Assembly (NCBI GenBank): GCA_964016885.1
Contig: OZ024747.1
Coordinates: forward strand, 10,106,001-10,170,000
Origin: Eledone cirrhosa
Taxonomy: Eukaryota
Direction: 5' to 3'
DNA: 64,000 nucleotides
The notes under the pieces are model-generated. The model ran no database searches. It was not told the DNA's origin and saw only the letters and a program-made list of their open reading frames with translations. The first letter of the stretch is position 1, and each line of letters opens with the position of its first letter. Of the stretch, positions 1-11,985 are shown one piece after another. The translations under genes and the position numbers were made by a program.

Positions 1-259
1 TAGTAAAATGTCAATTAACTTGAAATTAGTCAGTGACCTTTTTAGACCACCATTTGTGATTATTACTTTTTCTTTCACTGTTAGTTTTAGAATCACCCCC
101 CCCCCCCCCATCCTCCTCCTCCTCCTCCTTGTGGTGGTGTTGGAGGAGTTATATGTCTGTGTTTTTTGCTATTTATTTCCCATTTGTAGTTTAGTTTTGT
201 ATCCCTAGATTCAACCTGTTTAACAATATTCGAGCAGTTGGAAATAATGACTTCTAGCT

Positions 260-460
260 TCGGCACAAGTCAAGTCCAACAATTAGAGGGGAGGAGCAAG
301 TCGATTATATCGACCTCAGTACATTACTGGTACTTTATTTTATTGATCCTCGACAGATGAAAGGCAAAGTTGACATCAGTGTGATTTGAACTCTGAATAT
401 GAAGGGCCATAGCCAATGCCTCCAAAACATTTCCAATCCCCTGATTCTGCCAACCCACCC
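260..460 (-). mobile_element. tRNA-derived SINE (family A), degenerate
   Basis: Shares GGCACAAG...GTCGATTATATCGAC...CAGTACATTACTGGTACTTTATTTTAT...GATGAAAGGCAAAGTT...GATTTGAACTC with at least 7 other copies in the window. The reverse complement has a B-box-like GAGTTCAAATC. Confidence 0.8.
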
Positions 461-480
461 ATTAACCCATTTGTTAGGTT

Positions 481-1524
481 TTAATCCTTTCAGTACCATA
501 TTTCTAATGAAAGACACTGTCTGTCATTAACCATTTCAGTACCATATTTCTAATGAAAGACACTGTCTGTCATTAACCCTTTCAGTACCATATTTCTAAT
601 GAAAGACACTGTCTATGTCATTAACCCTTTCATTACCATATTTCTAATGAAAGACACTATATATGTCATTAACCCTTTCAGTACCATATTTCTAATGAAA
701 GACACTGTCTATGTCATTAACCCTTTCAGTACCATATTTCTAATGAAAGACAGTCTATGTCATTAACCCTTTCAGTACCATATTTCTAATGAAAGACACT
801 ATATATGTCATTAACCCTTTCAGTACCATATTTCTAATGAAAGACACTGTCTATGTCATTAACCCTTTCAGTACCATATTTCTAATGAAAGACACTGTCT
901 ATGTCATTAACCCTTTCATTACAATATTTCTAATGAAAGACACTACCTATGTCATTAACCCTTTCAGTACCATATTTCTAATGAAAGACACTGTCTATGT
1001 CATTAACCCTTTCAGTACCATATTTCTAATGAAAGACACTGTCTATGTCATTAACCCTTTCAGTACCATATTTCTAATGAAAGACACTGTCTATGTCATT
1101 AATCCTTTCAGTACCATATTTCTAATGAAAGACACTGTCTATGTCATTAATCCTTTCAGTACCATATTTCTAATGAAAGACACTGTTTATGTCATTAACC
1201 CTTTCAGTACCATATTTCTAATGAAAGACACTGTCTATGTCATTAACCCTTTCATTACAATATTTCTAATGAAAGACACTACCTATGTCATTAACCCTTT
1301 CATTACCATATTTCTAATGAAAGGCACTGTCTATGTCATTAACCCTTTCATTACCATATTTCTAATGAAAGACACTGTCTGTCATTAACCCTTTCATTAC
1401 AATATTTCTAATGAAAGACACTGTCTGTCATTAACCCTTTCATTACCATATTTCTAATGAAAGACACTACCTATGTCATTAACCCTTTCATTACCATAAT
1501 TTCTAATAAAAGGCACTGCCTATG
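481..1524. repeat. 48-bp minisatellite (~22 copies) derived from a TTAA-MITE terminus
   Basis: Unit CATTAACCCTTTCAGTACCATATTTCTAATGAAAGACACTGTCTATGT; gives the 16-aa period in ORF 789..1388 and runs directly into a MITE body. Confidence 0.95.
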
Positions 1525-1731
1525 ATTTTCAATTTATTTTGAAAATAAGAATTTGGAAGTAGTTAATAATATAACTAACTTTCTCATTATTAAGTTGGTG
1601 TTCCAAACATATATTACTTAACAAAGGTTCTTACATAAAATTAAGATGGAAGGTTTTTAGATAAATATAAACATTTTAAAATAATTGAAACAGGAATATT
1701 TTCAGGTGGTATAGTATATCAAAAAGGTAAA
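1479..1731. mobile_element. Non-autonomous piggyBac-like (TTAA-CCC) MITE, degenerate
   Basis: Begins TTAACCCTTT, ends ...ATCAAAAAGGTAAA; body homologous to the reverse complement of 39866-40111. Confidence 0.65.
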
Positions 1732-1808
1732 CTGTTGTGTGATTTAAAATTAGAATATAAAGAGATTTAATTAAAAACCACAAGAGATTTTGTCCATCAT
1801 TATATCAA

Positions 1809-1848
1809 CTAGCAGAAAAACCACCCTTTGGATGGTTTTCTGCTAGCA
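1809..1848. other. Hairpin with CTAG ends, possible Helitron-type terminus
   Basis: CTAGCAGAAAAACCACCCTTTGGATGGTTTTCTGCTAG is near-palindromic; a hairpin followed by CTAG is typical of Helitron 3' ends. Confidence 0.35.
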
Positions 1849-2469
1849 TGTGTAGTGTGCATATTGATATTATACACAAGTATATATACATGTAGATATG
1901 ATACATCAAATAACATCGTAAATGACAATATACACAGAAATTGAACGAAGACTGCATTACACTGTTTTACATCAGTAACGTAATCCATGATACAGTAAAA
2001 AAGACGATATTATATATAAACTGCATTAGGAGAAAATTAGTGACAGAAATATATGAATGTTTATTTAAGCGATCGCTAACCGGAAGTGTTGACATTTGAA
2101 AATTTTAAAGAAGTGAATCTTAATATAAACAAAATTATTTATATTTAATCAAGAATAACGAAATTTAGTAGATAAATTATGTAATATTCATTCATTATTT
2201 ATTCAAAGTAATCCAACTTATTTTACAAACGGGATAAAAAAAAATATATTCTGGACACAGTCCCGCACTCCTTACTTATAGTTTATATTTTGACATTTTT
2301 GGTTTTTATGACTTAGGGCAGCAAGAACAGTTCTCGTCTTATGAAGAACTCTCTGACTGGTGGAAGGTGGAGATGAAATTATCTTCAAATGGTGGACATA
2401 GCTTCTATCATAGCAACAAAATCAACTTCGCTAAAGGTGCTCAGGGTTCAGGGGTTATAACTAACAGCA

Positions 2470-2705
2470 ATTAATAATAATAATGGTTTCTGATTTAGGC
2501 ACAACGCCAGCAATTTTGGGTGGGAGTAGGGTAGGGAGTAAATTAAATCGACCCCAGTGCGTTAATGGTGCTTTATTTTATCGACTTTGTAAGGATGAAA
2601 GGCAAAAGCTAACCTCGGCAGGATTTAAACTCAGGACGTAAAGGGACGTAACTCTATGCCTCAAAGCATGTGTGACGTTCTACCAATTACTGTTAATCCA
2701 CCAGT
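2470..2705 (-). mobile_element. tRNA-derived SINE (family A)
   Basis: Same conserved core as 260-460, with (AAT)n tail at the left end. Confidence 0.85.
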
Positions 2706-3124
2706 AATAAAACTTGCTATCACTCAACAGTTCTCAAATTAGGTTGTTTTTGTATGTACTGCCTGATAATAGTCATAAAATAACAGAAAACATTGTTAGT
2801 AATTGGTTAGTACAGTGAAACGGTACATTACAGGTGTGGGTTCAAGACCAACAGGTGGCGCTGTATAATATTCTCTGTCTCCAGAGTTTGTATACCCAAC
2901 TTAGATTATTTTTCAGTCAAAACACCGTTGATGTTTCTAACTTTAAAATTTGAAAAATTCCTATTTGCTCAACAGTTCTAAAAATAGATTGTTTTAATGT
3001 CCTTCTTTGCTAGCCAGGGTTAAGTCTGTTTAATACTATTGATACCAACATGTGAGCAACTGCCTCTAGTTTCTGTCACATAAAAATCTTTATTCATGTT
3101 CAAATTAACTAACCAACTGTACAT

Positions 3125-3143
3125 GTGTATGTAAATATATATG

Positions 3144-3187
<44 letters not shown>

Positions 3188-3430
3188 GCGTGTGTGTATG
3201 TATATATATGTATGTGTGTATATGCACATATGTGTGTGTGTGTGTGTGTGTGTGTATATGCACATGTGTGTGTGTGTGTGTGTGTATATATGTATGTGTG
3301 TATATGCACATATGTGTGTGTGTATGTATATATGTATGTGTGTATATGCACATATGTGTGTGTGTATGTATATATATGTATGTGTGTATATGCACATATA
3401 TATATGTATGTATGTATATGTGTGTGTGTG
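3125..3430. repeat. TA/TG compound microsatellite
   Basis: Direct inspection. Confidence 0.95.
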
Positions 3431-3589
3431 TTTAGTAGTTGGCAATTTGACCAAGTAAAAACACACAACTAACGAAAATATAACAATATCTGTTTCAACA
3501 GAGAACTTCAGGTGAAATCTCTTGCCAAAAACTATACAAGAACGTAATAAACTGTAGATAGATTAACTCTTTGGTCACCATATTTCTAA

Positions 3590-3805
3590 TAATTATTTCT
3601 ACTTTTTGGCACAAGGCCATCAATTTTGGGGAGGGGGAAAGTCAATTGAATAGACCCCAGTGCATTACTGGTATTTTATTTTATCGACCCTGTGACAATG
3701 AAAGTTGAAAGCTAATAATGGCTGGATTTGGACTCAGGATGTAAGGGGAAGTAACTCTATGCCACAAAGCATGTCCGACGCTCTACCGATCACTGCTGTT
3801 CCACC
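3590..3805 (-). mobile_element. tRNA-derived SINE (family A), inserted into a TTAA-MITE remnant
   Basis: SINE core; preceded by TTAACTCTTTGGTCACCATATTTCTAAT (MITE end), with MITE-like sequence resuming at about 3835-3895. Confidence 0.75.
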
Positions 3806-3904
3806 TTATTTCTGATAATACATAATGTACTAAAATTAATTTCGAAAATAATCAGGAATTTAGACGAATTTAGTAAACATAACTAACCTTTTCATTTATT
3901 AATA

Positions 3905-4640
3905 GTGGTGATGGTGGTTGTCTTCGGTTTGGTAGTGGTGGTAATGGTGGTGGTAGTGGTGCTGGTGGTAGTGGTGGTGGTTGTGCTGGTGGTAGTGGTG
4001 CTGGTAATCAGTGTGGTGATGGTGGTTGTCAGTGTGATGATGATGGTGATGGTTGGTGTGGTAATGGTGGAGGTTGTGCTAGTGGTGATGTTGGTTGTCT
4101 TCGGTTTGGTAGTGGTGCTGGTGGTAATGGTGGTGGTAGTGGTGGTGGTGGTGGCTGTGCTGGTGGTGGTGGTGGTTGTGGTGATGGTGGTGGTCAGTGT
4201 GATGATGATGGTGATGGTTGGTGTGGTAATGGTGGTGGTTGTGCTAGTGGTGGTGGTGGTGGCTGTGCTGGTGGTGGTGGTTGTGGTGCTGGTAATCAGT
4301 GTGGTGATGGTGGTGGTCAGTGTGATGATGATGGTGATGGTTAGTGTGGTAATGGTGGTGGTTGTGCTAGTGGTGGTGGTGGCGGTGGTAGTGGTGCTGG
4401 TAATCAGTGTGGTGATGATGGTGGTGGTTGGTGTGGTAATGGTGGTGGTTGTGGTGATGGTGGTTGTCTTCAGTTTGGTAGTGGTGCTGGTAATCAGTGT
4501 GGTGATGGTGGTGGTCAGTGTGGTGATGATGGTGGTGGTGGTGGCGGTGGTTTGGTAGTGGTGCTGGTAATCAGTGTGGTGGTGGTGGCGGCGTTGGTTG
4601 GTGTGGTAATGGTAGGGGTGATGGTCAGTGTGGTGGTTGG
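3905..4640. repeat. Degenerate (GTG/GTN/ATG)n trinucleotide repeat
   Basis: Direct inspection; the poly-Val ORF is a by-product. Confidence 0.95.
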
Positions 4641-4748
4641 AGTCTCTGATCTAACAAAGTCCCAGGACCATAGATATGACAAATGTGTTTTTATGCCCCA
4701 AACAAACATTAACCAATATTTTAAAACTGTCACTCCTTATATGGCATC

Positions 4749-4940
4749 TGAGTATTTGGGTTACAGTCTCAACTGTAGTATATATTTCACACTAGTGGTG
4801 TGTCACATGTCGTGAGTATTTGGGTTACAGTCTCAACTGTAGTATATATTTCACACTAGTGGTGTGTCACATGTCATGAGTATTTGGGTTACAGTCTCAA
4901 CTGTAGTATATATTTCACACCAGTGGTGTGTCACATGTCA
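4749..4940. repeat. 64-bp tandem repeat, 3 copies
   Basis: TGAGTATTTGGGTTACAGTCTCAACTGTAG... starts at 4749, 4813 and 4877. Confidence 0.9.
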
Positions 4941-5329
4941 TCATCATCATCTATTCTTGTATACATTAGATGGGCTGTCATGTTATAAGGCAAACAGATC
5001 AGGTGACCACATCTTGCTCAAGCATTTTAGTCTTGATTCTACTGCTAGATGCCTTTCTTTAATATCAACCACTTTATAGCATAGACGGAGTATTTTATTG
5101 TGAATCCACACATCATTATTATCAACATATATTTGTTTACAACACCAATATTTATCTAAACTATATATTGACATCAACATCCCACCCTGTATACGCAATA
5201 ATGTGTATGTAGGTTTGTGTGTGTGTGTATGTAGGCTTGTGTGTAGACTTGTGTGTGTTCAAGCCCAGAACAGAGTTTGATAGATAAATCGCATGTAAAT
5301 TTTCTTACTCTGTATTTTTTATTTAGTAA

Positions 5330-5625
5330 AAGTGGCGAAGATCAATCATGGAATGTGTCCAAATTTGCCAACAAGACCTTATCCATGACCCCACATCTAA
5401 ATCAACTGGCTTTTACCTTCCTAGAAAGCAATGGGTGTCCCTTAATCGGATCCTCACAACACATGCCAAGACAGCCCAACATGTAACTGTGGGAACCCTG
5501 GCCAGACAGTGCTGCATGTTGTTCATCATTGCCCCCTCAGATGTTTTCTTTGCGGCCTGGAGGCAATCTATAAAACCACAGATAACACCTTAGTCTGGCT
5601 CACCTATCTCGATCTGTCTCTCTAA
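5330..5625 (+). mobile_element. Vingi/Ingi-like LINE 3' fragment (frameshifted, CCHC knuckle)
   Basis: Translates LIHDPTSKSTGFYLPRKQWVSLNRIL, then in another frame CNCGNPGQTVLHVVHHCPLRCF and GLEAIYKTTDNTLVWLTYLDLSL*, matching the C-terminus of Vingi-type ORFs. Confidence 0.75.
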
Positions 5626-6404
5626 CCATTGTATATATGTCATATGACAAGAAGATTGTTATACAATTATATAATAAAGTAAAAGTAGCTATAACAGTCT
5701 ATTCCTGTTTTAATGGATACAATGGCACTTCTGTGATGTAATTGTTTAAATCTTCAACAAATGATCTCAGGTTTCAATCATTTGCCAAATAAGTGCAGCT
5801 GAAGTATTTTGATTGCTTTAGTCTGGCTATAAAAACTCTGAAAGAGGTTTTGTTACCTTTAAGAAAAACACTGCAATGGCGACAGCTTATATACTAACAT
5901 TTAATCTGTTGGTGGATAGATAACAACTAAAGTGGCAAGGAAATTTGATGTTTTCTATCAAAGAGGCAAGGAAACTTGATGTTTTCATCAAAGACTCCCC
6001 TGGCATAACTGGATAGCCCCCTCCTCACCAACCATTGCAAGGTTCTGTGGCAGGATGCCGGTTTCTATTTCCTAGACAAATTCTGTGGCTTACAGACAAC
6101 AAGTATGCAAGTGTAGTAATTAGTATTTGTGGGGTTTGTAGAGCATCGGAACCTTGTGGTATCTAGTCACTTTGCATCCTTGAACAGATATTTTATTTCA
6201 TGTTGTTCCAGTCCACTGTGTGTGCGCAGCTGTGTGTGTGTGTGTGCAGCTGTATGTGTGCGTGTGCAGGTGTGTGTGTGTGTTCATGCCTGTAATTATG
6301 TATATTTACCTGTTCTTTATTCTCCTATAACTGAACAGTTTAACAAATAAGTTGCTGGCTTAAAAAGATAGATGAGTAATGGGGGTTGGTGTGATTGGCT
6401 GAAT

Positions 6405-6770
6405 ACCTTGAAGGTGGTGCTCCAGCATGGCCACAGTCTAATGACTGACACCAGTAAAAGAGTGTGGTGCCCCAGCATGACTGTGGTCTAATGTCTGACA
6501 CCAGTAAAAGTGTGGTGCCCCAACATGGCCAGAGTCTAATGGCTGACACCAATAAAAGAATGTGGTGCCCCAGCATGGCTGTGGTCTATTGACTGACACC
6601 AGTAAAAGAGTGTGGTGCCCCAGCATGGCTGTAGTCTATTGACTGACACCAGTAAAAGAGTGTGGTGCCCCAGCATGGCTGTGGTCTAATGACTGACACC
6701 AGTAAAAGAGTGTGGTGCCCCAGCATGGCCACGGTCTAATGACTGACACCAGTAAAAGAATAAAAGAATT
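6405..6770. repeat. ~50-bp minisatellite (~7 copies), SINE-tail-like
   Basis: Unit GTGGTGCCCCAGCATGGCTGTGGTCTAATGACTGACACCAGTAAAAGAGT, ending in an (AAAAGAAT)n tail. Confidence 0.85.
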
Positions 6771-7109
6771 GTAAAGCAGTTTAATCCAGTAATTGACCAG
6801 TTCTACCAGTCCACTGCTTTTGTCTTTCATAAAATCTATAATGTAAACATTACTTTGGACAATGTTTGGTAACGAAGCTGTTGGGGGAGAGGGGGTAATT
6901 TATATATTTATATATATATTTTATTTCACATGTAGTGAAACAGCAATGTTGTTTTATTACAGGTTTCCAGTGAACCAATCACTGGTTCACTGCGTTTCTA
7001 ATGGCAACAGGGAGAATCTGTAATTTAGGGCAGAACAAATATCACAAGAGATTTTGTTCAACAAACACTGCATACTTCATTGATATACATTGGTGAAAGA
7101 TATAGATGC

Positions 7110-7350
7110 TATTATCATCATCAGTTAACATCTATTTTCCATGTTTCCATGGGTTAGACGGTTTGTCATATACTGAGGCTAGACTAGTCAGGTGACTATA
7201 TCTTGCTTGTATGTTCCATTTGGGGATTTGGTTTTTTATGGCTGGATGTCCTTCCTAACACCAATCACTTTACAATGTGTATTGGGAGCATTTTATCATC
7301 ACAACCACCTTACAGAGTGAACTGGGTGCTTTTTTTGTATTGGTACCAGT
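7110..7350 (-). mobile_element. SINE/LINE 3' end with RTE-type tail and (ATC)n
   Basis: CATCATC...TTTTCCATG...CATGGGTTAGACGG...GGCTGGATGTCCTTCCTAACACCAA; same tail at ~8590-8800, 41240-41420, 41920-42130, 46610-47010 and 53480-53600. Confidence 0.75.
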
Positions 7351-7466
7351 AACATTCCATTACAGCACTGAGGTATATAATCTACAGTATATGTTCTAGC
7401 AATACTGCCAATTCATTGACTGTTAAAGAACACACACACACATATGTAATAATATATATATATATA

Positions 7467-7563
7467 CAGGGTGTCCCCAAAAATGTATACACAAAGGCTG
7501 TGCATTTTCATAAATATTGCCTACAAAGGTAATCAGTGTGTATATATTTTTTGGGACACCCTG
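7467..7563. mobile_element. Tc1/mariner-type MITE
   Basis: TIRs CAGGGTGTCCCCAAAAATGTATACAC / GTGTATATATTTTTTGGGACACCCTG, flanked by TA. Confidence 0.85.
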
Positions 7564-7757
7564 TATACAGTAATATCCATAATTGTCCACAAACCTTTCA
7601 ATAGCTTCAAAACTAAAGAAAGCTAAAAGCTCGAAATTGCTACATGTTAAATTATATATAGAGATGTCAACATGAATGGACCTGTTATTTTTATCTAAAG
7701 ACATTTTTTCCAATTCCATCCCGCTCGTCCCCTCAATCTATCTTATTTCTCATTCTT

Positions 7758-7793
7758 TCTTCTGATGAAGGACTAGTGTCCGTAACGTTAAGA
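7758..7793 (+). ncRNA. Degenerate minimal hammerhead ribozyme in a PLE-type remnant
   Basis: TCTT-CTGATGA-A-GGAC(TAGT)GTCC-GTAAC-GTTA-AGA; GAAA mutated to GTAA; homologous copy at 45845. Confidence 0.6.
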
Positions 7794-8996
7794 CCCTCTT
7801 CCTGCTATATCAAGCGTTAACCTAATATATCCCTTCCATATACTGTACCGATTGTGTTGTTATTTCTGTTTACCTTTTACATATATATATATATATATAT
7901 ATCTTCTACGAAATGTAATGTAAAAATACCATTTTCTTCTTGTCTCCCCACCCTTCGGTTCATTCATCCATTTATCTGTATAATCGCCCAGAATTCAATC
8001 TTGCTTTCTCAATGCTATTCTATAATTCTGTCTGGTTGTTCTAAATAATCTTGTGTATTTTAAAATACCAGCATATCGCTTATTACTATTATATGCTTTA
8101 TTTAAAACCTTCTCCTCGCTAACTACCCCATACCCCTCCCGCCTGCCCCCACTCTCCACCATACCCCTCCTGCCCGCCCCCACTCTCCACCATTATTATT
8201 TGGACCAATCATAAGTCAGCGGCCTATGCTATCACTTCTCCTGGTTGCTTTTCGATATGATGTATGGACTAAGGAATTCTGGAGAGTCTGAAGAATCTGG
8301 ACATTCAGTGACAATGCCAAAGATAACAACAAATTCACCTCATGCTGCCAGACGAAAAGGCAAAGTCTCCTCCTCTTTGTTTCGGCGCTACACAGTAATA
8401 CAGAAGACCCCACCTTACCTAAGTACAAAGTGAAACCTACTACAGTCAGTAGGCACCTCTAACAAAAATACATCCCTGTCCCACTACCCCCACCCCATCC
8501 ACACCACCCCTTTCAATGTAAAGTTATGTTGGTACCACAACATCCAGTCCGAAACAAATGAGGTTGCGTAGGTGTCACAACAAAAAAACACAGTCCACGC
8601 TGTAATGTGGCCGTGTAGGTAACACGGTAAAAACTTCCCAGTCCACACTGTAAACGTGGTTGGTGTTAGGAAGGGCATCCAGCCGTAGAAAACCCACCAG
8701 ACCGTCCTATGCGAGCAAGACAACCACTCTTGCCTCAAGTGGGAAAACTCCCGTCCAAACCCATGCAAGCGTGGAAGATGGACGTTAAACGATGATGATA
8801 TATATATATATATATAAATCTCTGAAAACCAACAGTTGCCACAGTCAAATAGAAAGTTCATAATACAAAATACCTGTCTCTCTCTATATATATATATGTG
8901 TGTGTGTTGTGTACACACACACACACACTATAAGAACTGATTAATTCTTCAGATTTTAGTCTTCGCATTTATTATTACTATATATATATATATATA

Positions 8997-9265
8997 GATG
9001 TGTTGTTTCCTTGAGCAAGACACTTTATTTCACATTGCTCCAGTTTACTCAGCTGTAGAAATGAGATGATAGGGACTGAGGTCCCTATCATTCCACTGCA
9101 AAGTGGTCGTGGAGGTGCCACGGCAAAAAAGCACCCAGCACTCACTGTAAATGAGGTTGGTGTTAGAAAGGGCATCCAGCTGTAGAAATCAAGCCAGAAT
9201 CAGTTCCCGTCCCACCCTTGCAAGCAGGGAAAAGTGGACGTAAAATGAAATGATGATGATGATGA
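8997..9265 (+). mobile_element. tRNA-derived SINE (family B), 5' truncated
   Basis: Near-identical to 62066-62335; TTGAGCAAGACACTTTATTTCAC core and RTE-type 3' tail. Confidence 0.85.
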
Positions 9266-11049
9266 TATATAATCATTAGAATTTAGCTCCGACATAGCTG
9301 TATACAAATATATATATATATATATAAAATAGCTCTAACCCATGCTAGTGTGAAAAAATGGCTGTTAAAGGATGATGATGATGATATATAAAAGAACCTC
9401 AGAAAACCAACAGTTGTCACTGTAAAATAGAAAGTACCTTAATACAAAACACCTGTATGTATATAGATGTGTGTATATAGAGAGATGTGTGTGCATATAT
9501 ATATATATATATGTGTGTTTTTGTTGAAATTAAAATATTTTTGTTGTTTTATCAGGTTTTAAATCCCAACACCTTTATTTTATTTTTTTATATTTCATTT
9601 TAAAGCCAATTCCATTTTCTACAGGAAATAGGCTTAAGATAGAGTTTTTTTCACATTTTCTCAATTCTATGAATTATTATTTATAAATCCAAAATATATT
9701 TATTATATATTTTAGATTTTTAGATTGCTTACTTATTATTTTGTTGTTAGTGTTGGAAAACGTTTATACATAAATTCAAAATATATATATTATCTTTTTA
9801 GACAATATATTTCTGATTTTATTTTTTTAATGCTGGCAATGTTTATATATACATCCAAAATATATAATATAAATATTTTTAATACAATTTCTACATGATT
9901 TACAAAGGAGGTATATAAATTAGAATGAATCAGAATTGGTGGGGGTCGCCCTCGTGCAATTATGCTCTACTATGGGGATTGCTGGTGGTTGCCCTCCTCT
10001 CTAAAAATATTTGGAGAAACTCAAAACACCTGAAGTAATGCTGTATGTGTTTTGATGGTGAGACTGAAGTGCAGAAATAGCCAAGTGTCCTCATGTGTCA
10101 CCAAATAACCAACCAACAATAACAAAATTCTCGTCAGCTGTTCAGCTTCTTTGAATATCTTGAATGTCACAAGCTAAGATTTTGTGGACAGAGACATTCA
10201 TTACACACAATGAGAAAGAAAAATGTCTTCTGTAATGAAGATTAACTTTAATTATCAATTATCTAATTAACTTAACAGAAATATTTATTAGTTGTTTTTG
10301 TTATATTTTTATCAATATGGCAGTGGATTCTCAGAATTGCCTGAAACCTCTCCTCATTTTATGTGTTTGTTTTAAAGTGTTTATATTTGTCTAAAAACCT
10401 TCCCTCACAATTTTATAAAGGAACCTTTTGTTAAGTTATATTCTAAGTACCTACTTACTCCATGTGATATCAAACTGCCTAAAACCACTCCTGTTTTTAT
10501 GATACAAAACTGTTTGTTTTAGAGTGTTTTAAATATTTATCTAAAAACCTTCCCCCCTCACAATTTAATGTAATAGTTGGTGTTAGGAATGAGAAAGTTA
10601 GTTGTTATATTACTAAATTCTTCCCAATTTTGAATTATTTAAAAAATTATACCATACATAATTTCATTTATGGAATTTAAACCAACCATTGTTTCGAATA
10701 AATATCGGGGGGAGGAGGTTATTGTTTTGTTTTAAAATAAATTTCAAAATTTTAAAATAAACTGGAAGTGTAAGATTGAATATATATTTTTTGCTGTTAA
10801 TCTCATCTTTGGAGATGAAAACTGTTTAAATATTTGCATCTCCATGTTTCAATTGGCTTCATCTTCACTCTCCAAGAAGATTAATTTTAATAGTCTTTAA
10901 TATTATAATCTCATTAACAACTGTTCTCAGGCATTTACACAATCAAACTGGATCTCTATCTTAAGATGATTGATAGTTGCTGGCAGGACAGGTGGGGCTA
11001 GTGTGGTGGTGGTGGTTCTTTTATTCTGTTCTCTTACTTGTAAGTACAC

Positions 11050-11932
11050 CAACAGTATATATATACACCTATATACCCTACAGTATATTATATACATCTA
11101 TATACCCAACAGTATATATACATCTATATACCATAATAGAATAAATATACACCTATATACCCAACAGTATATATACCTATATACCCAACAGTATATATAC
11201 CTATATACCCAACAGTATATATATATACCTATATACCCAACAGTATATATATATATACCTATATACCTAACAGTATATATATATATATATACATCTATAT
11301 ATCCAACAGTATATATATATATATATACATCTATATACCTAACAGTATCTATATATATACATCTATATACCCAGCAGTATATATATATACCTATATACCC
11401 AGCAGTATATATATATACCTATATACCCAACAGTATATATACATCTATATAACCAACAGTATATATATACACCTATATGCCCAACTATATATATACACCT
11501 ATATGCCCAACTATATATATACACCTATATACCCAACTATATATATATATATATATACACCTATAAACCCAGCAGTATATATATATACATCTATATACCC
11601 AGCAGTATATATATATACATCTATATACCCAGCAGTTTTTATATACACTTATATACCCAACAGTATATATACATCTATATACCCAACAGTATATATACAT
11701 CTATATACCTAACAATATATATATACATCTATATACCCAACAGTATATATACAGCTATATACCCTACAGTATATATACAGCTATATACCCAACAGTATAT
11801 ATATATACAGCTATATACCCAACAGTATATATATACAGCTATATACCCAACAGTATATATATACAGCTATATACCCAACAGTATATATATACAGCTATAT
11901 ACCCAACAGTATATATACAGCTATATACCCAT
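11050..11932. repeat. AT-rich minisatellite (CTATATACCCAACAG(TA)n)
   Basis: Roughly 21-35-bp units with variable TA tract. Confidence 0.9.
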
Positions 11933-11985
11933 AACCCATTCATAAATAATGTATTTAGCACTGATGACTAACATAGTTAAGAGTT

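Noticed and set aside
789-1388. 16-aa repeat protein
   Set aside because: 48-bp MITE-derived minisatellite; the frame is broken by 46-bp units.
10030-10235. Possible minus-strand exon with splice-like borders
   Set aside because: No frame stays open across it.
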